DNA of 64,000 nucleotides from an uncultured bacterium. Lineage in GTDB: Bacteria > UBP6 > UBA1177 > JAKLFG01. The position numbers were made by a program, and so were the translations under genes. Below, in pieces: positions 51,328 through 60,523 of the stretch. The notes below the pieces were generated by a model that made no database searches, was not told the origin of the DNA, and saw only the letters and a program-made list of their open reading frames with translations. Within the stretch, counting starts at the first letter, position 1. The number at the start of each line of letters is the position of its first letter. The DNA is taken from contig CALMRE010000074.1 in NCBI GenBank assembly GCA_937871295.1, forward strand, positions 5,088 through 69,087, in the 5' to 3' direction.

Positions 51328-52761
51328 GTGACCGACGAACTCCTCTCCGACGGGTCCGATATTGCGGTCACCGATGATCCGACCGACAGCGAACAGCCCG
51401 ATACGACCGATGTCGACATCGTCGTGCAGATATGCACCCCCGACGAGGTGGTCGAATGTCCCTACGGCGCCGACCCTAACACCAAGGGGGTCGGTCCCTG
51501 CAAGGCGGGAACGAAGATATTTTTCCCCGACGGCTCGCAGTTCAGCCCCTGTTCGGGAGAGGTGCTTCCCCAGACCGAGATCTGCGGTAACAGCGTAGAT
51601 GACAACTGCAACAACGATACCGACGAGAATGTCGACGAGGATGGCGACGGCTGGGGTTCCTGCTCCGACGACTGTTGTGACTCGATCCTCAAGTGTACTG
51701 ATCCGGCAAAGGTGAACCCCGGCGCGATCGAGGTGCAGGGCGACGGTTTCGACAACGACTGCAACGACCAGATCGACGAGGACCCGCGCGTTCCCTGTTC
51801 GAGCGGCACGAAGTTCAGCGGCACCACCGCCGCCGACCTCATCAACGGCATCGATATCTGTAAGGTCGCGGCGAACGGTTCGTGGGGTATCGTCGGCACC
51901 CCGACACTGACCCGCGCCGACGGTTCGGGAGCGCCCGACAACCTTCAGATAAGCCTCATGACCCAGTTCGGCACCCACGCATCAAATGCTTACATCTACG
52001 GCGGGAACATGTCATCGCTCTCTTCAGGCCGCGCCCGCGACGCCAACGATCCCGATCCGACCACTACGCTGACCTATTCGTATCAGACCGGCAATCCGCC
52101 CGCCGACTTCAGCGCACCCTACGGCGGCGGCGCCAATCTGCCCGAAACGAACGCCGATTGCCCGGCCGGTTCCGGCGCGAACGATTCGGTGATGCTCTCG
52201 GTGCAACTCAAGGTTCCCACCAACGCCCTCTCCTTCTCTTTCAACTTCCGGTTCTTCTCGCAGGAATATATGGACTATCAGTGCTCCGCCTACAACGATT
52301 TCTTCATCGCGATGCTTTACACCGGCGCTGCGGGGATCCCCGCCGACAAGAACATCTCGTTCGACTCGAACGCCAGCTACATCAGCGTCAACTCGCAAGA
52401 GTTCTTCACCGTCTGCGAGGACAAGGAGGACGGTTGCGGCGGCACCGCCTACGACTGCACCGACGGCACCGACGCCCTCGCCGGGACCGGCTGGGACCCG
52501 GCCGACGCGGGCGGCACCCAGTGGCTTTCGACCTCCGCGCCGGTCGTCCCGGGCGAGACCATCACCCTCAAGTTCGTGATCTGGGACACCTCCGATCAGG
52601 CGCTCGACTCGATAGTTCTGATAGACAATTTCAAGTGGAGCGCGCAAGGATCGAGCGGTCCCTCGACCTTCGAATGCTGGGATATCAATCAGAATACCAC
52701 CTGCGATATCGCGACCGAGGACCTGTCGGGCGACGGCATCTGTTCCGAACGCGACTGCTGA
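51328..52761 (+). CDS. Third paralog of the MopE-like Cys-rich / conserved C-terminal-domain family; no signal peptide (possibly N-terminally disrupted)
   Basis: GTG-initiated ORF; MopE-like repeats (CGNSVDDNCNNDTDENVDEDGDGWGSCSDDCCD); C-terminal FFSQEYMDYQCSAYNDFF...LIDNFKW. A short ATG ORF at 51321 in another frame carries the RBS. Confidence 0.6.
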   Translation: MTDELLSDGSDIAVTDDPTDSEQPDTTDVDIVVQICTPDEVVECPYGADPNTKGVGPCKAGTKIFFPDGSQFSPCSGEVLPQTEICGNSVDDNCNNDTDENVDEDGDGWGSCSDDCCDSILKCTDPAKVNPGAIEVQGDGFDNDCNDQIDEDPRVPCSSGTKFSGTTAADLINGIDICKVAANGSWGIVGTPTLTRADGSGAPDNLQISLMTQFGTHASNAYIYGGNMSSLSSGRARDANDPDPTTTLTYSYQTGNPPADFSAPYGGGANLPETNADCPAGSGANDSVMLSVQLKVPTNALSFSFNFRFFSQEYMDYQCSAYNDFFIAMLYTGAAGIPADKNISFDSNASYISVNSQEFFTVCEDKEDGCGGTAYDCTDGTDALAGTGWDPADAGGTQWLSTSAPVVPGETITLKFVIWDTSDQALDSIVLIDNFKWSAQGSSGPSTFECWDINQNTTCDIATEDLSGDGICSERDC

Positions 52762-52784
52762 TGTAATGAATTGAGCGGTGCGAT

Positions 52785-53297
52785 CTACCGCGCCGCGAGG
52801 ACCGTTTCTATCTCACCCACATACATCCGGTGATAATCCTTCGACGGATAATTGCCGTCGATGGACGCATCGATGAAGTTCTTCGGCTCGAGATCCTGAA
52901 AATAGAGCTTGCGGCAGATGAGGGTGAGGCGCGATTCGGCGAAGTAGGGGACCGTATTGTGGCGCCGGAGCGTCAGCCCCGACTCTTTCACCTTCTCCTT
53001 CTTGTGGCCCGAGAGCGATCCGCAGAGTTTCAGCGCGTCGCGGTGCTCTTCGGGGAAGAAGCCGACCGAGAAAACGGGTTCCTTTTCCATATATATATAG
53101 GTATAGCGCTGCGGCCGGACGAAAACGAAGACCACATTGCGGTTCCAGAGCACCCCCAGACCGGCCCACGCGATGGTCATCATCGTCGCCTTTTCTTTGT
53201 CGCCCGCCGTAAGGAGCGCCCACTCCTTGCCGAAAGCGGTGCAGGGGTTGTCGGTGATGTCGAACGGGCTGATCTCTTTGAACAACTTCTCGGTCAT
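52785..53297 (-). CDS. Flavin-reductase-like (FMN-binding split-barrel) family protein, tentative
   Basis: 170 aa; TIAWAGLGVLWNRNVVFVFVRP pattern typical of flavin reductase-like domains. Confidence 0.4.
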   Translation of the reverse strand: MTEKLFKEISPFDITDNPCTAFGKEWALLTAGDKEKATMMTIAWAGLGVLWNRNVVFVFVRPQRYTYIYMEKEPVFSVGFFPEEHRDALKLCGSLSGHKKEKVKESGLTLRRHNTVPYFAESRLTLICRKLYFQDLEPKNFIDASIDGNYPSKDYHRMYVGEIETVLAAR

Positions 53298-53361
53298 CGG
53301 CTCCTCCGTCGGTTAGGTCAACGGAGCGATGATAGCGGAAGCGGGCAGGGAAGTCAAACCG

Positions 53362-53448
53362 ACACCCTCAGGCCGTTGGCCAGCTCCCTGCGACAGGGAG
53401 CCTCCGACAAAGCTCTCCTGATGCAGGGGAGGCAGGAGGGGTGTTGGT
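53362..53448 (+). repeat. Twin-hairpin intergenic repeat element, copy 1
   Basis: ctccctgcgacagggag hairpin + spacer + ctctcctgatgcaggggag hairpin + gcaggaggggtgt; a second copy lies at 59776-59860. Confidence 0.8.
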
Positions 53449-53450
53449 AT

Positions 53451-53813
53451 TTACGCCGCCTTCGTTTTCAGCAGGACCTTTTCGATGGCGTCGACCAGAG
53501 CGGCCTTGGGGAGCGCCCCCATCGACATCTGCGGTTTGTCGCTCATCGGGATGAAGAGGATCGACGGTATCGAGCGGATGCCGAAGACCTGCGCCAGTTC
53601 CTGCTCCTGATCGGTGTTCACCTTGTAGATGTCCACTTTGCCGTCGTACTGGACGGCGAGGTCGGCGAGCACCGGAGCGACCGCTTTGCAGGGGCCGCAC
53701 CAGTCGGCGTAGAAGTCGACGATGGCGGGACGGGCGCCGGCGAACTTCCACTCCTTGCTTTTCTCGTAGTCGAATACTTTCTGCTTGAATGTCTCTTTCG
53801 TCAGATTTTCCAT
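53451..53813 (-). CDS. trxA: Thioredoxin
   Basis: WCGPC active site; AGGAGG RBS 6 nt upstream of ATG. Confidence 0.9.
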   Translation of the reverse strand: MENLTKETFKQKVFDYEKSKEWKFAGARPAIVDFYADWCGPCKAVAPVLADLAVQYDGKVDIYKVNTDQEQELAQVFGIRSIPSILFIPMSDKPQMSMGALPKAALVDAIEKVLLKTKAA

Positions 53814-53963
53814 GTAGCGCCTCCTTCTTGCTACTAGCAAACAGATTTATAAGGCTGCTTGTCTGGAAGTCAAGGCCGGGCAAGAATTTCTTTTAAAAAA
53901 ATTTCTTGATTCAGGATTCAAGTGAGGGTAAAATCGCGATGACTTTGGGAGAAGGATTTTATA

Positions 53964-54377
53964 ATGAAATCGGCACCGTTGCTGGCACTTGCGGCGTGCA
54001 TCATCCTCGCCTCCTGCGCCACGATGAAGAATGCCGACACTCGCCCGACCGAAGGCAGTTGCATGGCAAGCTATGACTCGGGACGGATCGGCGAGAAAGA
54101 AGTACTTGCCGGAAATATCCTTTTGCCGGTGGGCCTTGCTTTCATGGTGATCGGCTTGCCAACAATGCTTGTTTCGGTAGGACCAGCCTATAGCGGCGAG
54201 GAGCACTTCATTCCCGGTACGGTATTTACCGCCATTGGCGGTATGGCGATAATTGCGGGCATCGTAACTCTTGTTGATGGACACCGCCGCGTGGATAAAT
54301 GGAACGACTACTGCACCGGGGCCACCGCCGCCGAGCGGTATTGTCTGTTTGAACCGTTAGGCGAACAAAGACAATAA
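53964..54377 (+). CDS. Membrane lipoprotein (lipobox plus two TM helices), unknown function
   Basis: LAACIILASC lipobox; two hydrophobic helices. Confidence 0.5.
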   Translation: MKSAPLLALAACIILASCATMKNADTRPTEGSCMASYDSGRIGEKEVLAGNILLPVGLAFMVIGLPTMLVSVGPAYSGEEHFIPGTVFTAIGGMAIIAGIVTLVDGHRRVDKWNDYCTGATAAERYCLFEPLGEQRQ

Positions 54378-54391
54378 AATAGGAGACAACA

Positions 54392-55246
54392 ATGCCCATC
54401 AACATCCCGCCCTTCTGGGCCAAGTATGAACACCGCGAAGGGAAGGATTCGGTCATTGTCAACGGCTGGTCGACCCGCTCGCAGTCCGAGGCGCTGGAGA
54501 ACGCTCAGAAGCGCGCCAAGAAGGTATTCGACCTCGTCCTGTCGGGCAAAAAACTGGGCGAATACGACTACAGCACCCTCCCCATCCGCGAACAGATACT
54601 CGAGACGGTCACCCACGACGGCAAACAGATCGCCGTCATATCGCGCAACCGTTACGGCGCGGCGGTCCTCAACACCGAGAAAGTGCTTTTCGCCGACGTC
54701 GACTTCAAGCCCTTCTCGGCCGGCGGCATCTTCAACGCCATCGCGCTCCTGTTCAATGCCGCGAAAAAAAAGGAACTCGTCGAAGCACAGCGGAACGCCG
54801 AGATCGCCCGCATTGTCTCGTGGGGCGGGAAGAACTACGACCATCCGTTCCGCCTGTACCGCACCTGCGCCGGTCTGCGGCTCCTGTTCACCGGCCGCCC
54901 CTACGACCCGAAGGATAACGAAACGATACGGCTGTTGGAAGCGCTCGGTTCCGATCCGCTCTACATCAGATTGACCAAGAACCAGTCGTGTTTCCGCGCC
55001 CGGTTGACCGCCAAACCGTGGCGTATCGCTCTGGACCGGCCGCCGGCGGTTTTCCCCTTCATGAATAACCGCGATTCGGGCAAGTATCGGCACTGGCTCG
55101 ATGACTATCTGGCGAAAAGCGAACGCTACCGCGCCTGTGAACTCATCGGCGAAGGGCGCCGCATAGAAGATCCCGAGATCCGCAAGGTGGTGGAATTGCA
55201 CGACCGGATGTGCCGTATCGGCGATAAGGAATTGCCTCTCGCATAA
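54392..55246 (+). CDS. Hypothetical cytoplasmic protein, no recognisable family
   Basis: aggag RBS; 284 aa; 14 nt downstream of the lipoprotein gene. Confidence 0.5.
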   Translation: MPINIPPFWAKYEHREGKDSVIVNGWSTRSQSEALENAQKRAKKVFDLVLSGKKLGEYDYSTLPIREQILETVTHDGKQIAVISRNRYGAAVLNTEKVLFADVDFKPFSAGGIFNAIALLFNAAKKKELVEAQRNAEIARIVSWGGKNYDHPFRLYRTCAGLRLLFTGRPYDPKDNETIRLLEALGSDPLYIRLTKNQSCFRARLTAKPWRIALDRPPAVFPFMNNRDSGKYRHWLDDYLAKSERYRACELIGEGRRIEDPEIRKVVELHDRMCRIGDKELPLA

Positions 55247-55426
55247 AAAATCCCTTACCGCGAAACTAACCGGGCGCTAGTCCGGTCTGTTGTGATAGGT
55301 AATGACGGACAGGGACGGGTTTGAAAGGGACGCTGAAGGGGGCGATACCCCTTTGATTTTCGTCGTTTTTCCTTGACAGTCACTTTGCGCCGGATAGGCT
55401 GACGGGGACCGTGACGGAGGTTCCCG

Positions 55427-56575
55427 ATGCCCACCTATGAACGCCCCGCTGGATCGCTCATCAGTTATATGTCGGACAAGGTCAAGGCGGGGGGCGGGCT
55501 CAATCTCGCGCAGGGACTTCCCGGGTTTCCGCCGCCGCCGGAACTGACCGATATCCTGAAAGAACTTTCCGATCAGCCGGTCCACCAGTATGCCCCCGGG
55601 AGAGGAGACAACGATCTGCGCGATATCCTGCCGACGCTCTTTCCCGGCGGCCCGGCGCGCGACCAGTTCATCGTGACGAACGGCGCGACCGAGGCGATCA
55701 CGCTGACCTACCTCTACCTCAGCCGCCGCGAGGCGCAGCCTTTTTCGGCGCTCGCCTTCGAGCCGGTCTATGAAAGTTACCGCAATCTGCCGCAGATATT
55801 CGGGAATCATTTTGTTGCGTTCGACATCGGCGAGGGTCTTTTCGGACGTGAAGAGGCATTCCGGCAGGTGGTGCGCGACCAGCAGGTGAAGATCGTCTTC
55901 GTCTCCTCGCCGGGTAACCCGCTCGGCCGCGTCTGGCGGCGCGACGAACTCGAACGGCTGGCGGCGCTGAGCGACGAACTCGACTTCTCGCTCATCGTCG
56001 ACGGTGTCTACCGCGAGATCTATTTCGGCGAGCAGCCGTGGCTGCCGACCGACCGCATATCGCCGCGCCTGTTTTACGCCGATTCCTTCTCCAAGACGCT
56101 CTCGATAACGGGGTGGCGCGTCGGTTTCCTCGCGGCGCATCCGTCGCATCTGGCGGCGCTGCGCACCATCCACGACTACACCGGGCTTTCGTCGCCGTCG
56201 GTGCTCCAGAAGGCGATCGCCCGCTATCTGGCGGCGCACGACAACGGCGCGGCCTACCTCGCGGCGGCTCGCCGCACGGTGGGGACATCGTTCGTGGCGC
56301 TTAAAAAGATGCTGACGGCGCTCGGGTTCCGCATACCGCCCATCGACGGCGGCTACTTCATCTGGGCCGAGTTGCCGGAAGGGTTCGACGACGGGCTCGC
56401 CTTCGCCGAAGAACTCTACGCGCAGGAAAAACTGGCGGCGGTGCCCGGCATCCATTTCTCCGACGCGGGGGTCCGGTTCGTCCGGTTCAATATCGCCAAA
56501 CCGCTTGCCGACATAGAAGAAGCGGCCCGCCGCATCGAGAAGTTCGTGCGCACGGGCCGCCTATCGGGGGGTTGA
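55427..56575 (+). CDS. Class I/II PLP-dependent aminotransferase
   Basis: PLP-lysine motif SFSKT; fold-type I pattern; 382 aa. Confidence 0.8.
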   Translation: MPTYERPAGSLISYMSDKVKAGGGLNLAQGLPGFPPPPELTDILKELSDQPVHQYAPGRGDNDLRDILPTLFPGGPARDQFIVTNGATEAITLTYLYLSRREAQPFSALAFEPVYESYRNLPQIFGNHFVAFDIGEGLFGREEAFRQVVRDQQVKIVFVSSPGNPLGRVWRRDELERLAALSDELDFSLIVDGVYREIYFGEQPWLPTDRISPRLFYADSFSKTLSITGWRVGFLAAHPSHLAALRTIHDYTGLSSPSVLQKAIARYLAAHDNGAAYLAAARRTVGTSFVALKKMLTALGFRIPPIDGGYFIWAELPEGFDDGLAFAEELYAQEKLAAVPGIHFSDAGVRFVRFNIAKPLADIEEAARRIEKFVRTGRLSGG

Positions 56576-56583
56576 GAGGGGGC

Positions 56584-57090
56584 TTAGTCGTCGTCACCGT
56601 CGGGGCCGGGGCCCATCATGTGATCCATCATCATCTTCTTTTTCTTTTCCATGAAATCGAGTGCTTTCTTGCGCTGCTCGGGGTTGAGTTTAAAGAGCAT
56701 GTCGAGTTTGTGATTCTCCATCAGGAGGGTCTGATCACGGCGCAGGTCGCCGATCTTTTTGATGGAGTTCTGCAACTTCGCCTTGTCGGGATTGGGTTTT
56801 TGGGCCTCCCCCTTCATCGCGATGCGCTCCTCCTTGATCTTGAACTGGATGTCCATCATCTTTTTGTGGGTCTCGTGCATTGAGGCCCGGAACTCGGCCC
56901 GCTGCGCCTCGGGGACGCCAAGCTCTTTGAGCATCTCGTCGTGCATCATCATCATGTGTCCCTTGTGGTCGCCCTTCGGACCGCCCTCGTGGCCGCCGGG
57001 CCCGCCGGGACCACCTTTGCCGTGGTTGGGGCACTGGGCGAGCGCCAAGGCGCTCATCATCAGGATCGCAATGAACATCAACTTTTTCAT
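56584..57090 (-). CDS. Periplasmic His/Met-rich Spy/CpxP/ZraP-family protein (LTxxQ-like)
   Basis: Signal peptide; HEGGPKGDHKGHMMMMHDEM and MMMDHMMGPGP metal-binding-like tracts; helical LTxxQ-like repeats. Confidence 0.6.
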   Translation of the reverse strand: MKKLMFIAILMMSALALAQCPNHGKGGPGGPGGHEGGPKGDHKGHMMMMHDEMLKELGVPEAQRAEFRASMHETHKKMMDIQFKIKEERIAMKGEAQKPNPDKAKLQNSIKKIGDLRRDQTLLMENHKLDMLFKLNPEQRKKALDFMEKKKKMMMDHMMGPGPDGDDD

Positions 57091-57110
57091 AGGTTTCTCC
57101 CATGCAGTGG

Positions 57111-57365
57111 TTAATACAGGTCCATATCTTCCAGAACGATATCGTGTTCCAGCAGTACCACCTCGAGTTCCACGTCGTTGAGGGTGAACTGCTGCGGTTC
57201 AACGGAACGCTCACGCGGAAGGCCGAACTGCACCGATACGAGGATCGTGAGCGCGAGCGCCGCGGTCGTTACCGCCGCCGCGATGCCGCGCCGCCGCCGG
57301 ATGCGGCCGCCCCGTTCTTTGACGTTGGCGAGGATGTTGTCCCACCGTTCCTGTTCGTTACGCAT
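57111..57365 (-). CDS. Putative anti-sigma factor (single TM)
   Basis: 84 aa; central TM AAAVTTAALALTILV; overlaps the ECF sigma gene by 8 nt. Confidence 0.5.
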   Translation of the reverse strand: MRNEQERWDNILANVKERGGRIRRRRGIAAAVTTAALALTILVSVQFGLPRERSVEPQQFTLNDVELEVVLLEHDIVLEDMDLY

Positions 57366-57909
57366 GGCCCGCCTCCTGCTGTCGCAGTATCTTCATCTTA
57401 AGTTCCTTCATCCCTAGCGAAAAGAGGTTCCGCGCCGATACCTCGGAGATGCCGAGCGTTTCGCCGATATCGCGGAACGGCAGTTCGTCGACGATCCGCA
57501 GCGTCATGACATTGCGCCGCTTCTCGGGAAGCGCCTGTACCATCCCCATGAACCGTTCGGCCCGCTGAGCGCCGAGCGTGTCGGACTCATGGCCGTCGCC
57601 GGGGGCCGGGAGCACCTCCTCGAGTTCAGATGACAACGCCACTTCGCGCGCCTTGTCGCGGTGGCTTCGGAAGTAGTCGACGACGCTGTTGACCGCCAGC
57701 CGCCGCAGGTAGCCGTCGCGGTTGTCGGCGGCGAGCACCTTGGGGAGTTGCAGGTATATCTTGAGGAATATCTCCTGCACCAGATCGTCGATGAGGTCCG
57801 GCGTCCGGGCGTAGCGCTTGGCGATACTTTCGATCATATGGCGCTTCTTCCAGAAGATCTCGTCGAACTTTTGGTCCCGTTCGCGCCGTGTCTCGAAGAT
57901 CCCGAACAT
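57358..57909 (-). CDS. ECF (RpoE-like) sigma-70 family factor
   Basis: Region 2 DLVQEIFLKIY and region 4 HTH (FRDIGETLGISEVSARNL); GGGAGG RBS before the internal ATG. Confidence 0.85.
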   Translation of the reverse strand: MFGIFETRRERDQKFDEIFWKKRHMIESIAKRYARTPDLIDDLVQEIFLKIYLQLPKVLAADNRDGYLRRLAVNSVVDYFRSHRDKAREVALSSELEEVLPAPGDGHESDTLGAQRAERFMGMVQALPEKRRNVMTLRIVDELPFRDIGETLGISEVSARNLFSLGMKELKMKILRQQEAGHA

Positions 57910-57997
57910 CGTCACTTGCCTCCCTGAGCACACCCACTATAACGCGGATGGAGAAAAATAGGTAAAAAACTATTTTCGGGTCTTCCCTCCGCCCCGG

Positions 57998-58026
57998 TTG
58001 ACTTCCCCCGCCCGCTTTTGTAGAAT
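57998..58026 (+). promoter_or_regulatory. Sigma70-like promoter
   Basis: TTGACT-17 nt-TAGAAT upstream of 58055. Confidence 0.5.
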
Positions 58027-58054
58027 GCCCTGACACAACGGAGTCTCTGACCGC

Positions 58055-58588
58055 ATGAATCCCATCGCACGCTACCTTGAACTGCGCGAACGGATAGACG
58101 CTGATGCGGCGCGGCTGACTGCGCTCCACGGCGCGAACATCACCTGCCGCGAAGGCTGCACCGGCTGCTGCGTCAACTTCACCGTTTTTCCGGTCGAGTT
58201 CTTCGCTATCCTCCGCGAGATGGAACGCGACGGCCTGAAGCCGCACGAAACCCCGTTCGACACCGCCGCCACCTGCGGATTTCTGCACGAAGGGCTTTGC
58301 CGCATCTACCGTTACCGCCCGATCATCTGCCGCACCCACGGCCTGCCGATACTCTATCTCGACGATACCGGCGGCGCGCTCAAGTGGGAGGTCTCCTTCT
58401 GCGAACTCAACTTCACCGGGGCGGGGCCGTTCGAATTCACCGACGAGACACTGCTCGACCTTGAGGCGCTCAACACCGAACTCTACCTCATCAACCGCGA
58501 ATTCGTCGCGTCGCTCCACGAAAAGAAATATCATGAGAATTCACGGATAGCGCTGAAAGATATCTGCCAAAAACCGGAGGAACGATGA
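58055..58588 (+). CDS. YkgJ-family Cys-cluster (putative Fe/Zn-chelating, UPF0153) protein
   Basis: CREGCTGCC CxxCxxCC motif plus downstream Cys residues. Confidence 0.7.
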   Translation: MNPIARYLELRERIDADAARLTALHGANITCREGCTGCCVNFTVFPVEFFAILREMERDGLKPHETPFDTAATCGFLHEGLCRIYRYRPIICRTHGLPILYLDDTGGALKWEVSFCELNFTGAGPFEFTDETLLDLEALNTELYLINREFVASLHEKKYHENSRIALKDICQKPEER

Positions 58589-59172
58589 AGAGACTGATCG
58601 CCCTGTGTATCACTCTGCTGATGACCACCCTGCTTTTCGGAGGTGAACCGATGAACGACACCATCAAGACCATCATGAACCGCAAAAGTGTCCGCGCCTA
58701 CAAAGAGGGGCCGGTCAGTAAGGATCAGTTGGAGGTCATCGTCAAGGCGGGTATGGCCGCGCCGACCGCCGTCGACAAGCGGCCGTGGGAATTCATCGTC
58801 GTCACCGATAAGGTGATGCTCAAGAAACTCAGCGACATCCTTCCCTACGCGAAGATGGTGGAAAAGGCGGGCGCGGCGATCATCGTCGCGGGCGACCTTG
58901 ACCGTCAGCAGGGCGGGCGCGAATCGGACTTCTGGGTGGTCGACTGTTCGGCGGCGACCGAGAATATCCTGCTCGCGATCGAATCGCTCGGGCTCGGCGC
59001 GGTGTGGACGGCGGTCTATCCCGACAAGGAACGGATAGAGACGGTCCGCAAACTGCTCAAGATACCGTCGACCGTCGTGCCGCTCAATGTCATCCCGGTC
59101 GGCATCCCGACCGGCGCCGAGAAGCCGAAGGACAAGTGGAACCCGAAACAGTTGCATTGGAACGGCTGGTGA
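58585..59172 (+). CDS. Nitroreductase family protein
   Basis: RKSVRAY...; FMN-binding core; possible N-terminal signal or alternative start at 58651. Confidence 0.8.
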   Translation: MKRLIALCITLLMTTLLFGGEPMNDTIKTIMNRKSVRAYKEGPVSKDQLEVIVKAGMAAPTAVDKRPWEFIVVTDKVMLKKLSDILPYAKMVEKAGAAIIVAGDLDRQQGGRESDFWVVDCSAATENILLAIESLGLGAVWTAVYPDKERIETVRKLLKIPSTVVPLNVIPVGIPTGAEKPKDKWNPKQLHWNGW

Positions 59173-59227
59173 GGATTCGTGAATCGTGAGCGGTGAGCGG
59201 TGTTTTTAGAAAAAGAGAGGTTCCCTT

Positions 59228-59746
59228 ATGAGAAAAAAGACCCTGCTTGCCCTCATCTGTGCCGCGGTCGGCTTCGGCTGTGCCTCGTCGGGCGATCTGC
59301 CGCCGCTCCAGACGGTGGCGAAACTCGACATCAACCGCTACCTCGGTAAGTGGCACGAGATCGCGCGCTACGACCACCGGTTCCAGCGCGGCTGTGTCGG
59401 TTCGACCGCCGAGTACGCGCTTCTTCCCGACGGCCGCATCTCGGTGACGAACACCTGCCGCGAGGAGGATGAACCCGGCAAGGTACGTCAAAGTACCGGT
59501 GTCGCGTGGGTCGATGACCCGGCCGAACCGGCGAAACTGCGCGTCCGTTTCTTCTGGCCCTTCAGCGCCGCCTACTGGGTCATTGCGCTTGACGAGGAGT
59601 ATCAGTGGGCCGTCGTCGGCCACCCGAGCCGCGACTACCTCTGGATACTGTCGCGCACCCCAACGATGGACGAAGAACTCTACCAGAAGATACTCGCCCT
59701 CATCACCGCCCAGCGGTACGATGTGGGGAAATTGAAGAAAATGTAG
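59228..59746 (+). CDS. blc: Bacterial lipocalin Blc (outer-membrane lipoprotein)
   Basis: Lipobox GFGCAS; lipocalin motifs YLGKWHEIAR and W..A...Y.W.LSR. Confidence 0.88.
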   Translation: MRKKTLLALICAAVGFGCASSGDLPPLQTVAKLDINRYLGKWHEIARYDHRFQRGCVGSTAEYALLPDGRISVTNTCREEDEPGKVRQSTGVAWVDDPAEPAKLRVRFFWPFSAAYWVIALDEEYQWAVVGHPSRDYLWILSRTPTMDEELYQKILALITAQRYDVGKLKKM

Positions 59747-59775
59747 GGGTGCGATTCATCGCGCCCTCATAAGAA

Positions 59776-59860
59776 CACCCTCCGTCGCTACGCGCCACCT
59801 CCCTGCGACAGGGAGGCAGATCGAAGCTCCCCTGATGCAGGGGAGGCAGGAGGGGTGTGG
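59776..59860 (+). repeat. Twin-hairpin intergenic repeat element, copy 2 (between convergent genes)
   Basis: ctccctgcgacagggag ... ctcccctgatgcaggggaggcaggaggggtgt. Confidence 0.8.
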
Positions 59861-59872
59861 GTTTGCGGGACT

Positions 59873-60523
59873 TCAGAGATACTCCAGCGCATCCAGCGGG
59901 TGCTTGAGGAATATCTTCGCGCCGGCGGTCGATAATTCTTTCTTCGTCGAAAAGCCCCAGAGCGCCGCGCCTGCGGTCATTCCCGCCGCCTTTGCCGCGC
60001 CGATGTCGGCCGCCATGTCGCCGATGAGCATGATCTGTTCGGGCGGCCGTCCCATGATATGCGCCGCCATGAGCGCCCCGTCGGGAGCGGGTTTCAGCGG
60101 CAGGTAGGCGCGCGCCCCGATGACAATATCAAACCGGAACGGGGCGAGGTCGCGTTCGGCGTGAAGCCGGGTGAAGCGTTCATCCTTGTTCGAAAGTATC
60201 GATTTGGGAATGCCGCGTTTTTCCAGTTCGGTCAGCAGTTCGCGGACGCCGTCGTAGAGCGGAACCCCCTTCTCTTTTTCCTGTGCATACACGGCGCGCA
60301 TCTCGGGGATGAACAGACGGATGGTCTCCTCGTCGCGCATATCAACGGGCAACGCCCGCTCCACCAGATTGGCCAGTCCGTCGCCGACAAAGCGGCGGTA
60401 CGACGCGGTGCGGTGGGTCGGCAGGCCGCGCGCTTTGAGGGCGCTGTTCATCGAGACAGAGATGAGTTTCAGGGTGTTGAGGAGCGTCCCGTCCATGTCG
60501 AAGATGATAGCCGTCACTTTCAT
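59873..60523 (-). CDS. HAD-family hydrolase (phosphoglycolate phosphatase-like)
   Basis: IIFDMDGTL motif I; subsequent HAD motifs. Confidence 0.85.
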   Translation of the reverse strand: MKVTAIIFDMDGTLLNTLKLISVSMNSALKARGLPTHRTASYRRFVGDGLANLVERALPVDMRDEETIRLFIPEMRAVYAQEKEKGVPLYDGVRELLTELEKRGIPKSILSNKDERFTRLHAERDLAPFRFDIVIGARAYLPLKPAPDGALMAAHIMGRPPEQIMLIGDMAADIGAAKAAGMTAGAALWGFSTKKELSTAGAKIFLKHPLDALEYL

